From Sanchytrium tribonematis (Eukaryota): 20,000 nt of DNA. The position numbers and the translations under genes were made by a program. The notes beneath the pieces were generated by a model, which saw only the letters and a program-made list of their open reading frames with translations, did no database searches and was not told the origin of the DNA. Below are positions 1-11,196 of the stretch, in pieces. The stretch is taken from the NCBI GenBank assembly GCA_018985235.1, contig JADGIG010000004.1:52348-72347 (forward strand), written 5' to 3'. How positions within the stretch are numbered: the first letter of the stretch is position 1; each line of letters starts with the position of its first letter.

Positions 1-223
1 TGAAAAGCTCAATCTTTTAAGGAGGTCTATTGTGCCCGAGACGAAAGAGCTAGACCTAGAAGACGATCTCTACAACATCCCGCTGGCTGGAAGCAAAAGA
101 AAGACTTCAGACTTTAAAGATGAGGGGAAAAGATTTAAAAATCTGGAAACATATGCTTTTAATTCGGTAAATGAGCAACATACGAAATCTGTTATGAAAA
201 TACTTCTGAAGCTTAGAAATTAA
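1..223 (+). CDS. 3' end of an unidentified protein gene (5' part outside the window)
   Basis: The frame is open from position 2 to TAA at 221-223 (EKLNLLRRSIVPETKELD...KILLKLRN). No family recognised. Confidence 0.55.
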   Translation, partial: EKLNLLRRSIVPETKELDLEDDLYNIPLAGSKRKTSDFKDEGKRFKNLETYAFNSVNEQHTKSVMKILLKLRN

Positions 224-694
224 TCAAAGTTTACTTTTAAAAATGAATTTGGTGTGCCTTCCCGTTGCAACTAATGTTTTGCCTTCATCTTTATAAATAT
301 CTACTTGAGTAAAAGCAATATTTTTGCCTTTTTTCAAAAGCTTTGCTTCGCAATATAGGTCCTCCCCTTTTTTGGCAGAAGATACATAGGAAATGTTAAT
401 GTCTGTTGAAACTTCCCTTATTAATTTGCCGCTATTTTGCAAATGCTTGGCTTGTTCTTCGTAGTTGTTTAAAGATATCACCACACCACCAAGCAAGTCA
501 ACTATACCTGAAAACACACCACCATGAATACTATCGTATACGTTAACAAATTTGCTGGTGTCCGGACGAAATCTACATTTAAATATGGGTTCTAACTCAA
601 GAATTTCCATCTTGTCGAGTAACATTTTATCGTAACCGTCAACCGAATTGATCAGCTCAAATAAAGCTTCAATGTGCGGGTCATTTAATTTCAT
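224..694 (-). CDS. PaaI/hotdog-fold acyl-CoA thioesterase (ACOT13/THEM2-like), 156 aa
   Basis: Motifs NVYDSIHGGVFSGIVD, VSTDINISYVSSAKKG and KLLKKGKNIAFTQVDI...LVATGRHTKF. The first in-frame ATG is at 694. Confidence 0.85.
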   Translation of the reverse strand: MKLNDPHIEALFELINSVDGYDKMLLDKMEILELEPIFKCRFRPDTSKFVNVYDSIHGGVFSGIVDLLGGVVISLNNYEEQAKHLQNSGKLIREVSTDINISYVSSAKKGEDLYCEAKLLKKGKNIAFTQVDIYKDEGKTLVATGRHTKFIFKSKL

Positions 695-840
695 ATATTC
701 AGAAAAACCCAAATTCAGGTTTCAAAAAATCTAAGTCTCATTTCGTTAATTTTTACAGCTTACGCCAAAATACTAATTGTGCATGAAATAGCATCCGGAT
801 TTGTATATAAGATTTTAAAACGATACTTTTCTGCATTGAT

Positions 841-1155
841 TTATTCCTCGTCACAAATTTCTTCGTCACGCCAGAGAGTTCCAAGCCTACACCCACAAAG
901 TCCAGCTTGAGTCAAATGCCCAAGCAATCCTATATGAGGTTTTCTTGTTTGTAAAAAGTAGATCAAACTTACTGCTAGAGCCGTGGAATTTCCCGATTTT
1001 TCGTCCAGTTGAATGTTGTAAGCACTTACTATTGAGCCGAAGCAGAAGACTGATTTCTGTATCGTGGTCAAAGGCGATCTTCCAAACCAAATAAATGTAG
1101 AAGCAAGGAGACAAGACACCTGTTCCATCGACTTGTTCAAATCTGTTCCATTCAT
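841..1155 (-). CDS. Small hydrophobic protein, possibly Aim19-like mitochondrial membrane protein, 104 aa
   Basis: ATG-started ORF with AATAAA overlapping the stop. AYNIQLDEKSGNSTALAVSLIYFL loosely resembles the fungal Aim19 'D-x-E-x-G-x-G...AWS' region (recalled, weak). Confidence 0.45.
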   Translation of the reverse strand: MNGTDLNKSMEQVSCLLASTFIWFGRSPLTTIQKSVFCFGSIVSAYNIQLDEKSGNSTALAVSLIYFLQTRKPHIGLLGHLTQAGLCGCRLGTLWRDEEICDEE

Positions 1156-1175
1156 AACACATAAATATTTACTAC

Positions 1176-1838
1176 CTAATCACTTTCTACTTCACCGCCC
1201 TTAAATTCTTCGTCAGCGCTTTCTTCGTTGTCATCATCCTCCGCGTCGCTGCCATCTTCCATTAATGTATGTAACACTCTCTTTTGGTGGTATCCATGTT
1301 TTGGGATTGAAAAACTCTTATTAGTCTGCTGACAATAAGCTCTCACAATATCTACTTTCTCATTTGGAAAGTAGCTGACAGGCTTCCCATCTACCTCCAA
1401 AGTACAATTGTGGGAAGTCATATCTCCAATCTCAATTTTCTTCAGATTTTCCAGCTTGATAGCGAATGATTGTTTTGCATAGTAAAGAGCTACACCCTGA
1501 TCGCAAAGGTATAGATGACCACTGTGCATCAATGCAATACGTTCAATTACAGTCCAAGGCGTTGCGTTCTCTTCCAAACTTGACTCGCATGTGAACATGT
1601 GCTGGGTTTTCCCAGTAGTGAATAAAATCTTTCTCTTTTTTGAAGTCTCAAACTTGAAAAGGTCTTTTGGCAGCTTTCCAAATTTCTCTTTTGTGATAAC
1701 ACAGGTAAATGATTTAGCCAACTTTCTTTGCAATGGCTCAAAGTGTTCAACAACAGCTTGAAATACCTTTTTACTCTCTGGATAAGATTTGATAACAGCG
1801 TCGATCTGCGACTTTAATTCCTTGGGTAAACTGTCCAT
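1176..1838 (-). CDS. RTT106: Histone chaperone Rtt106-like protein (shortened), about 220 aa
   Basis: The N-terminus MDSLPKELKSQIDAVIKSYPESKKVFQAV resembles the yeast Rtt106 dimerisation region (FLDELPESLSRKI...LPSSLEIFEEL). There is a PH-like segment GHLYLCDQGVALYYAKQSFAIKLENLKKIEI and an acidic C-tail. An upstream in-frame ATG (1880) is an alternative start. Confidence 0.65.
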   Translation of the reverse strand: MDSLPKELKSQIDAVIKSYPESKKVFQAVVEHFEPLQRKLAKSFTCVITKEKFGKLPKDLFKFETSKKRKILFTTGKTQHMFTCESSLEENATPWTVIERIALMHSGHLYLCDQGVALYYAKQSFAIKLENLKKIEIGDMTSHNCTLEVDGKPVSYFPNEKVDIVRAYCQQTNKSFSIPKHGYHQKRVLHTLMEDGSDAEDDDNEESADEEFKGGEVESD

Positions 1839-1929
1839 AAATGTTTCAGGGAATCTTGTGTCATTTCCACGTATTTGCATGAACGTCCGCCACGTCCTCA
1901 AAAATAGCAACAATCAATTTATTTTATAA

Positions 1930-2922
1930 TTAAGAAATTTCAGCTATGACTTCTGAGGTTGACTTTAAAAAGCCAATATCCTTACCATTCTTTATTACTT
2001 TCATTCCTTTCGGCACATAAGCATCAGTAAATGTTGTACAAGGAATAGCCAATGGATACCACTCTGATTTGGAGCTGAAATCTTTGCTATGGCTTAAGTA
2101 AAAGGAATACTCAATTTTGCCATCTTTTACCTCTCCAATTTGATATAAATCTTGAAAATGACTCAAGTACCCAAATGATTCTGGAAGAGCTTGCGGTTTA
2201 AATGGAACATTATTTTGCATGTATATAGCAAGGCAATTATAAAAAAAGGCTTCAGGCGGCCGATTTTCGTATACAATTGGGAATTCAATGCCGTTTTTTG
2301 CGTCATAGAGATAAACAGTATTTCGGTTTGTATCAAAATCTGAACACTCTTGTTCAAAGCGGTAAAACAAAGATCGAATCTTGTTGTACAATAGTTTAGC
2401 AGTTTTGCTTCTGTCCCATTCTTGCAAATCATTGGAAAAAGATTGTAATAAAAATTCTCCATCATATCCAATCAGTAACTCTACGCCATAATCTTGACCA
2501 TTGGTAATGAACACGATTTTCAATTTGAGATACAATTGATTTTCAATCAAATGTTGCTTAGTGATCTCCAGCTCTTCTGTGTTCATTATGAACTCGACCT
2601 TTTCTTCATTCAAATCTAAAGGATACAATTTCACAGTACCTTCATCAACATTATCTTCTTCCATATCAATATCACTGTCATCCTCTTCATCCTCTTCATC
2701 ACTCATATCTTCTTCATTCTCATCCACCTCCATATCACCTCCAGTAAGCATATTTCCTAGAGCTGTTGTGATTCCTTGAGTGAGTTCGTTGACAACATTG
2801 GAGAGTTGTTCAGTAGTCAAAAAGAACTCAATAAGATTCTGTTCAAATTCGTTTCTTTCATTTGCAGAAAGATCATCAATTTTAGATGGGTTTGCTAGCA
2901 ATTGAAGGGAAGCGGCATCCAT
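1930..2922 (-). CDS. Hypothetical protein with acidic low-complexity segment, 330 aa
   Basis: Long ATG-started ORF with a D/E-rich tract at about aa 63-95 and AATAAA just after the stop. No family recognised. Confidence 0.75.
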   Translation of the reverse strand: MDAASLQLLANPSKIDDLSANERNEFEQNLIEFFLTTEQLSNVVNELTQGITTALGNMLTGGDMEVDENEEDMSDEEDEEDDSDIDMEEDNVDEGTVKLYPLDLNEEKVEFIMNTEELEITKQHLIENQLYLKLKIVFITNGQDYGVELLIGYDGEFLLQSFSNDLQEWDRSKTAKLLYNKIRSLFYRFEQECSDFDTNRNTVYLYDAKNGIEFPIVYENRPPEAFFYNCLAIYMQNNVPFKPQALPESFGYLSHFQDLYQIGEVKDGKIEYSFYLSHSKDFSSKSEWYPLAIPCTTFTDAYVPKGMKVIKNGKDIGFLKSTSEVIAEIS

Positions 2923-2978
2923 TTCAAGGGAAAGTTTTAAAATATAACCTCGACCAAAACTATCGCAAAAAAGATGAT

Positions 2979-5900
2979 TTATTCTGAATCTATAAGCTGC
3001 AATTTCTCTATCGTATCACCAATGGCAAATATTTCAGATTTGAAAACCTCGATTTTTTCCTTATTTTGAGTACGTACTTCTTCTGGCACTTTGGACTCAT
3101 AGTCTGCCATATTTACCAATTTTTGAGTGGATTTTAGCCCTGACTCAGCTTTCATAACCTTCTTAGAAAGCTTAGATATCTCTTTTTTGATATCTATTTG
3201 ACCTTTCACTAACAAATAAATTGCAACCGAAGGCGATACAGTCTGAATCATGCAGCCCTGTGGAACTTCATCTCCTTTACCCAAAACACTCAAGACGTCC
3301 AGACCCTTGACGAGACTTTGAACCAATGATGCCTCTGTAGAATAAATATTGAATTCTGATTCGGATTTAACATGGAGATAGACTAATTTAGAGAATATTA
3401 CCAGTAGCTTTAGAATTTATGTTGTATTGGGCCATTATGGAACGAATGTTACCAATTACCTTGACAACGTCGTCAAAAGAGTTCATAGAAGCTTCATCAT
3501 AAAACTTCTCTTCGAATTGGGGATATGATGATATCGTTATAGATTCCTTGTCTTGCTTTTTTCTTGGAAGCCGTTGCCAAAGTTCCTCTGTTACAAAAGG
3601 CATAAATGGATGCATCATTCGCAACGCTGAATCTAATGCGAAATATAAAGTATTTCTCACAGAATTTTGCTTTTGTGTATCTGTTTCTAAGTCGAGTAAT
3701 ACTTTAGTAGCCTCAATATATACATCACACAGCTCGTTTAAGAAATATTTATAAACTGATGACGTTGCTTGCATAAAGTTATAAGTTTCGAAGTGTGCTT
3801 CTACATCTCTTGCTGCCAAAACCAATTTAGCCAGTATCCATTTTTCTGCCAAAGAGATTGGTACAAAAGTTTCCTCAGGCTTAAAATCTTCCCCTAATTT
3901 CATCATTCCAAATTTGATAGCATTCCACATTTTGTTACAAAATTTTCGATAGCCTTCAACTCGTAATATATCAAGATTAATAGACTGTCCATCATTTGTG
4001 TAGGAGCAAAGTGCGAATCTCAAGGCATCGGTTCCACATTGTGGAATACCATTTGGATAAGATTGCTTTTGTCCCTGTTTGGCTGTGTTGACTTCTTTTT
4101 CATCCAAATTGCTTTCATTTAGCTTATTGTGTAAATACTCCAGCGTTATCCCTTCAATCACATCTACAGGATTGACAACATTTCCAAGTGATTTTGACAT
4201 TTTACGTCCCTGAGCGTCCCTAACCATTGCATGGCAAAACACTCTTTTGAAAGGCACCTGGTCAGTCAACAACAATCCCATCATCACCATTCTTGCGACC
4301 CAAAAAAACAAGATATCTTTTCCTGTCTCTAGTAAAGCATTGGGGTAAAACTTGCCTAGATCTAAAGTGTCGTCAGGCCAACCCAATGTTACAAAAGGCC
4401 ATAAAGCGGAAGAAAACCAAGTATCTAATACATCAGGATCTTGCTTGATTGTGACCTGTCCAAGTTTTTCAAAGCGAGATTTTGCTTTTTCTAATGCAGA
4501 TTTTTCATCATCAGAGACAATCCAATTTGAGTCGTCATTTTCATTCAACGGATTACCATCAATGTGGACCAAATATGCAGGTACCGTATGACCCCACCAT
4601 AATTGTCGCGAGAGACACCAATCTTGGATATTCTCGAGCCATCGATACCACTCCTTTTCGCTTAATTCCGGTTGAATCTTAAGTTCACCATTTTTCACTG
4701 CATCGACTGAACGTTTTGCTATTTCTTTACAATTCATCCACCATTGTGGTTTAAGTCGAGGTTCAATAATGTCACCAGATCTAGAGCAGATTGGAATCTG
4801 CATTGTATGATTCTTGACTCCAACAAATAATTTTCGATCCTCTAAAAATTTCATTATTTCTTCGCGAGCATCAAATCTCATCAGGCCTTTAAATCTCCCT
4901 GCATTATCGTTTAAACTTCCATCATCGTTGAGAATGTCAATAAATTGTAAATTATGTCTCTTACCAATATCGTAATCATTTGGATCATGGGCAGGTGTGA
5001 TCTTGACAACACCTGTTCCGAATTCGATGTCAACATACGAGTCCTTTATGACTGGTAGAAGTCTATCATGAATCGGATGTTTAACAAAAAGACCGTGGTA
5101 TTTTTTGTACCTTTCATCATCAGGGTTAACTGCAACTGCGGTGTCCCCTAGCATGGTTTCTAATCTAGTTGTTGCGATAACCAACTTTTCACCAGTTTTT
5201 ACTCCGTCTTTATTGCAAACTTCGTACTCAAATTCAACTAATACTCCAAACATGTATTTTTTCTTTGGGTTATGTCCAGGGACATTCAACATGGTTTTTC
5301 CTTTTAATTCTTTCTGATCTACCTCTAAATTTGACAAGGCCGTATTAAGTTTTGAGCACCAATTAACAAGTTTGGTGTCTCGATAAATCAATCCTTTTTC
5401 ATGTCCGATAATAAAAGCTCGATTGACAGCCTTGACAACTTTTGAATCCATCGTAAACACTACTCGATCCCAGTCAAAGCTTCCACCCAACCTACTCATT
5501 TGATCATAAATTCTGTGCCCATAATCATCTTTCCACTCCCAAACTTTCTTTAAAAATAAATCGCGACCTAAATCGTGTCTTGTCTTTTTTTCTTTTTTAT
5601 ATATTTGCTTCTCCACTACACTTTGGGTTGCTATTCCTGCATGGTCACAACCTGGAACATATAATGCAGCATCACCTTTCATTCTGTGATAACGAATCAA
5701 AGAATCCTGTACAGCTGTAGTCAACGCGTGCCCAATGTGCAAATAACCCGTCACATTTGGAGGAGGAAAAGTTATCACGTATGGTTTTCCATTTGGATTA
5801 ATTTCAGGTTTGAAAAATCCTTTGGTTTGCCACCAATCCTGCCAAGCAGCCTCAACCGCTTCCGGATCGTATTTCGCTTGGAATTCGCCTAATACTTTCT

Positions 5901-6090
5901 TTTCGCCTTTCGGCGTAACATTTACATACTTCTCGGCCTGTTCGTAATCTACAGTTTTACGAGTGGCAATAGCGTCTTCTGATTTCGAAGGCTTCAAATT
6001 CGAATTGTTTTTTTGCTTGGCGGCGAACTTCGCTAATTTTTCTAGCTTCTTCAGTTGCTTTGCGCTTAAAGGTTTGGCGCTTTTTTCCAT
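2979..6090 (-). CDS. VAS1: Valyl-tRNA synthetase, 1030 aa; exons 6090-3402 and 3382-2979
   Basis: PPPNVTGYLHIGH (HIGH), GCDHAGIATQ, DWCLSRQLWWGH, KMSKSLGN and a C-terminal coiled coil. Removing intron 3383-3401 joins the two ORFs in frame (...SKATVYLHVKSE...LVQSLVKG). Confidence 0.97.
3383..3401 (-). other. 19-nt spliceosomal intron in ValRS (GTAATATTCTCTAAATTAG)
   Basis: GT-AG ends, contains an in-frame TAA, and removal restores the frame to the C-terminal domain. Confidence 0.85.
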
Positions 6091-6131
6091 TAATTTTAAA
6101 GTTGTACGAAACGTCGGAGTGATAGAGACAG

Positions 6132-6449
6132 ATGCAACTTGTAAGATTTGTCCAGAAACTTAAGAATGAAACCGTTAGTATTGAACTCAAAGACAATACC
6201 GTAATAGAAGGTACAATCCAGTCTGTCGATATTTCTATGAATATACATTTGAAGATGGTGAAGAAGACATATAAAGGAGAGTCATTTAGTTTAGACTCTT
6301 TAGCAGTCCGAGGATCCACAATCCGGATAATAATTCTACCAGACTCATTGCCTTTAGACAATCTGCTTGTAGATGACACCCAATACACAAAAACAGGTAA
6401 AAAGAAGGAAGCTAATGTAAAATTGCGAAAAAATCATCCAATAAAATAA
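6132..6449 (+). CDS. SMD1: Spliceosomal core protein SmD1, 105 aa
   Basis: [20 protein letters not shown]...[15 protein letters not shown]...[23 protein letters not shown] matches the SmD1 Sm1/Sm2 motifs. Confidence 0.93.
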   Translation: MQLVRFVQKLKNETVSIELKDNTVIEGTIQSVDISMNIHLKMVKKTYKGESFSLDSLAVRGSTIRIIILPDSLPLDNLLVDDTQYTKTGKKKEANVKLRKNHPIK

Positions 6450-6467
6450 TTTGGCAAATTCTGTAAC

Positions 6468-7624
6468 ATGCAATTTTCTAAAATTATCCAGAGAGAATTT
6501 TCAACAAAAATATTGAAGAATAAAGCGCCACCCGCTGAGGGATTTATGGCAGGTTTGGACACTTCTCAATTTATTTTAAACAACGAGGACTTGGCCAAAA
6601 AATATTTCCCAAATTCAGATACATTCGTCAAATTAAATATGTGCCAAGCTATAAACGACGCACTGAGTATAACACTCGAAAAAGATGAGAAAGCCGTGGT
6701 ATTTGGAGAGGATGTTGCTTTCGGTGGTGTCTTCAGGTGCACCTTGAATCTAGCCCAGCGATTTGGTAAAGAAAGAGTTTTCAATACTCCATTGACAGAA
6801 CAGGGTATCGCTGCATTTGGAATAGGTATGGCATCCGTTGGTGCTACACCAATAGCTGAAATTCAATTTGCTGATTATGTTTTCCCAGCCTTTGATCAAC
6901 TTGTAAATGAAGCCGCCAAATATCGATATAGATCCGGAAATCAATTTAATGTTGGGGGGCTTACCGTCCGAATGCCATGTTCAGCTGTAGGACATGGCGG
7001 GCATTATCATTCCCAATCCGTAGAAGCCTACTTCATGCATTGCGCCGGATTAAAAATTGTAACCCCGAGGTCTCCCAGCCAAGCGAAAGGACTTCTTCTT
7101 GCCTCCATTAGAGATAAAAATCCAGTTTTATTTCTTGAACCAAAAATTTTATATAGGGCGGCAGTAGAACATGTACCAGATAAAGATTTTGAAATTGAGA
7201 TTGGGAAAGCTGAAATTATTAAAACAGGAAAAGATATAACTATGGTTGCATGGGGTTCTCAACTTTATGTTTGCGAGCAGGCCATTAAGATGGCAGAAAA
7301 AGCATTACCAGGAGTAAGTATAGAATTAATAGACCTAAAAACTCTTTCACCATGGGATGCTAAAACACTTGAAGAAGTTTATCCATTTTAATGTAGTCAG
7401 TTACAAAAACCGGGAGGTGTATAATAGCTCATGAAGCTCCTTTGACTGTAGGAGCTGGAGCTGAAATCGCAGCGAGACTTCAAGAAAAATGCTTTTTGCA
7501 TCTCGAAGCCCCAATACAAAGAGTGACTGGTTGGGATACCCCATTTCCTCTGGTATTTGAGAAATATTATGTTCCAAGTGCTGTCCGCTGCTTCGATGCC
7601 ATCAAAAGAGTAATGTCGTTTTAA
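6468..7624 (+). CDS. BCKDHB: 2-oxoisovalerate dehydrogenase E1 beta subunit, mitochondrial, 378 aa; exons 6468-7376 and 7397-7624
   Basis: [53 protein letters not shown] and [10 protein letters not shown]. Splicing restores the conserved [15 protein letters not shown] segment. Confidence 0.95.
7377..7396 (+). other. 20-nt spliceosomal intron in BCKDHB (GTTTATCCATTTTAATGTAG)
   Basis: GT-AG ends and an in-frame TAA inside. Removal gives ...KTLEE|SVTKTGR..., the conserved sequence. Confidence 0.92.
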
Positions 7625-7827
7625 AATTCGAATAAATTAGATATCTGAAACTAATGAAAAAGCCCGATTCTGTAATTTTATTGCAATTGTATGCAGCTCT
7701 ATGTGTAGAAAAAAGAACTAAAAAGAATTTGACTCATGAAATTCTAGACTGGACAGACATCCAGGATCCATTTCACTTTGAGTAAAAAGCTCGAAAATGT
7801 AAAATAAAATTGTGTGATATTTATTGA

Positions 7828-9200
<1,373 letters not shown>

Positions 9201-9627
9201 ATGTTTGAAAAAACATTTGATAATAACTGGGTCTATTGCAAATTTTATTTCTTGGAATAATGATATTATGTATTTATTTAAATCCTTACCAAACGAAAGC
9301 CTTCATGAAGGGCATAGAGAAATATCTACAAGAAAATATTCATTTTGAACTTGGCTTGTACACGGACCTGCCACTTGGAAAAGAAGAGTCAACTAGTATT
9401 AAATGGCGCTTGAAACGATGCTATAAGAACCATTGCGATACTAATAGCCTAACAGGCGCCACTAACATTTTCTTCGATTTGACTTTGACATTGAAACACA
9501 CTGTGATAAAAAGACAAATTTGCCGTCGGATTTTCATTTAAATTTTCGACAGATACATGGTTGGCATGAGTTTCCAGAAGCGCCTTGTCCTCGAAATTAT
9601 TTAAATGTTCCATTTCTCCGTCTAAAG

Positions 9628-10770
9628 ATGCTTCGCACTGCAACAACTCACAAAACAGACGTTGATTATTTTAAGCAATTTTCGAATTTGTATTTTTGCA
9701 GACTACAGCAAATTAAGCAGGATCTATTGAAGGTATTAAGAAGCAAAAACTTAGAACCGCTGGAAAAAGTTAGTGACATCGCAGACTTTGAAAATGACAA
9801 GTGTATAGTTATTGGGATAGTATTTCAAGATAAAAAAGTACAAGACTACTCTAAAATTGGAAAACTGGACTATTTAAATTCATTTTATTTAGAGGATGAG
9901 TATTCTCGCATTCCGCTTGACAGAAACGGACAAATACTTTTGAGCGGTAGCGTCGTTGCGGTGGAAGGGCTAATTAGTACAGATAAGATTGTAATTCAAA
10001 ATATTCATTACCCATACAATTTCACAGAAGTTCCTCGAAATATTGTTATGGAGCAAAAATGGATATGTTTATTGAGTGGAATGGAAATGGGTGGAGAAAA
10101 CAATACAGAATCGCTCAGTTTATTACATCATCTTTTAAGTGGACAAGCAATGGGTATTCCACTGGATATTTTGGAAAATCTCAATGCAATTGTGATTATT
10201 GGAGATTCATTCCATTGCCTTAGCCAGAAAACAATTGAGAATATGAATGCATTCGTGGGAAATTTATCCCAGTATCACAATATAGTGTTGGTGCCTTCAG
10301 CAAGCGACCCCACTACCGTAGCATTACCAAACAGCCCCATTCCTCTCCATCTGATACCTAAAGCATTGCAAACTGTTTCCTCGGTTGAAAATCCTGCTAT
10401 CTTTCAGTCAGAAGATGGACATGTTATATTCTCTTCTGGCGATGCGATCAACAATATCACGAAGGTGCTCAAGTCTAGTGGTATGGAAATGAGTTCCATC
10501 GATATTGCCAGAACCTTGGTCAAGTGCAAGCATTTAGCCCCATGTTGCCCAGATACTCTGCCTTGTATACCGAGCTATTCTGTGGACCCTCTTTATCTTA
10601 AAGAAACTCCTGATTATCTATTTATTGGTAATATGAATGATGTTAAAGACGCAATAGTGGGAAAATGCAGAATTATTTTGGTGCCAAATTTTACAGCAAC
10701 TGGCAAAGTCGTGTTTTATAATTTTGAGCAGAACATTTACAAGATTGTATCCATAAGTAAAGATTGTTGA
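9628..10770 (+). CDS. POL31: DNA polymerase delta small subunit (Pol31/POLD2), about 380 aa
   Basis: QFSNLYFCRL, YLEDEYSRIPL, GSVVAVEG, PSASDPTTVALPNSPI and HLAPCCPDTLPCIP...DP match POLD2 motifs. The first ATG is at 9628. Confidence 0.88.
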   Translation: MLRTATTHKTDVDYFKQFSNLYFCRLQQIKQDLLKVLRSKNLEPLEKVSDIADFENDKCIVIGIVFQDKKVQDYSKIGKLDYLNSFYLEDEYSRIPLDRNGQILLSGSVVAVEGLISTDKIVIQNIHYPYNFTEVPRNIVMEQKWICLLSGMEMGGENNTESLSLLHHLLSGQAMGIPLDILENLNAIVIIGDSFHCLSQKTIENMNAFVGNLSQYHNIVLVPSASDPTTVALPNSPIPLHLIPKALQTVSSVENPAIFQSEDGHVIFSSGDAINNITKVLKSSGMEMSSIDIARTLVKCKHLAPCCPDTLPCIPSYSVDPLYLKETPDYLFIGNMNDVKDAIVGKCRIILVPNFTATGKVVFYNFEQNIYKIVSISKDC

Positions 10771-11097
10771 TTATTTCGTGGACAATTTGACATATGCGTT
10801 TGTCAATAAAGATTTGTACACTAAACCTTGGGTATTTCTAAATGCATGATACTCGTTAATGTTGCGAGCCGTGCTCTTCGTGTTTAGCAGAATAGGGATA
10901 TATTTTGATCCTTTCATTTGCTTCAAGCTTGATGAGATTTGCTGCGAATCCATTGGAGTATGAAATACCTTTTTGATAGCGTTTACTGCTTCTTCGTTAA
11001 ATTCTTTATCTGTATCTATTTTCTGCACAATTTCATTCTCCCATTTTTCAATTAGCAAGGAAATATCCAAGTTCATTGTTATGGGGGAATCTGACAT
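10771..11097 (-). CDS. Hypothetical protein, about 108 aa
   Basis: ATG-started ORF (MSDSPITMNLD...) that fills the gap between POL31 and OST2. No family recognised. Confidence 0.55.
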   Translation of the reverse strand: MSDSPITMNLDISLLIEKWENEIVQKIDTDKEFNEEAVNAIKKVFHTPMDSQQISSSLKQMKGSKYIPILLNTKSTARNINEYHAFRNTQGLVYKSLLTNAYVKLSTK

Positions 11098-11196
11098 AAT
11101 TTTTCCATTCGAAAAAAATGCAGATTTTAAGAATCTCAAAGAAAAACAAACCAATCAAAGGCCCACCATAACTTGCACGTTGATCAATTTATTCGA

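Noticed and set aside
713..840. Possible ncRNA or 27-codon ORF in the gap upstream of the thioesterase
   Set aside because: I found no box motifs, snRNA signature or convincing structure, so there is insufficient support.
2645..2735. (TCA/TCC/TCT)n-like repeat
   Set aside because: It is the reverse complement of Asp/Glu codons in an acidic protein tract, not an independent repeat.
3548..5892. Short antisense ORFs inside ValRS (and similarly inside CPSF100, UGGT and RPT1)
   Set aside because: They are shadow ORFs opposite conserved genes, with no recognisable motifs.
9549..9585. U2 snRNA-like fragments CGCTTCT...GTATCTGT on the minus strand
   Set aside because: The conserved GCTAAGATCA and GTAGTA branch-pairing sequence is missing and the spacing is wrong. 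Probably chance.
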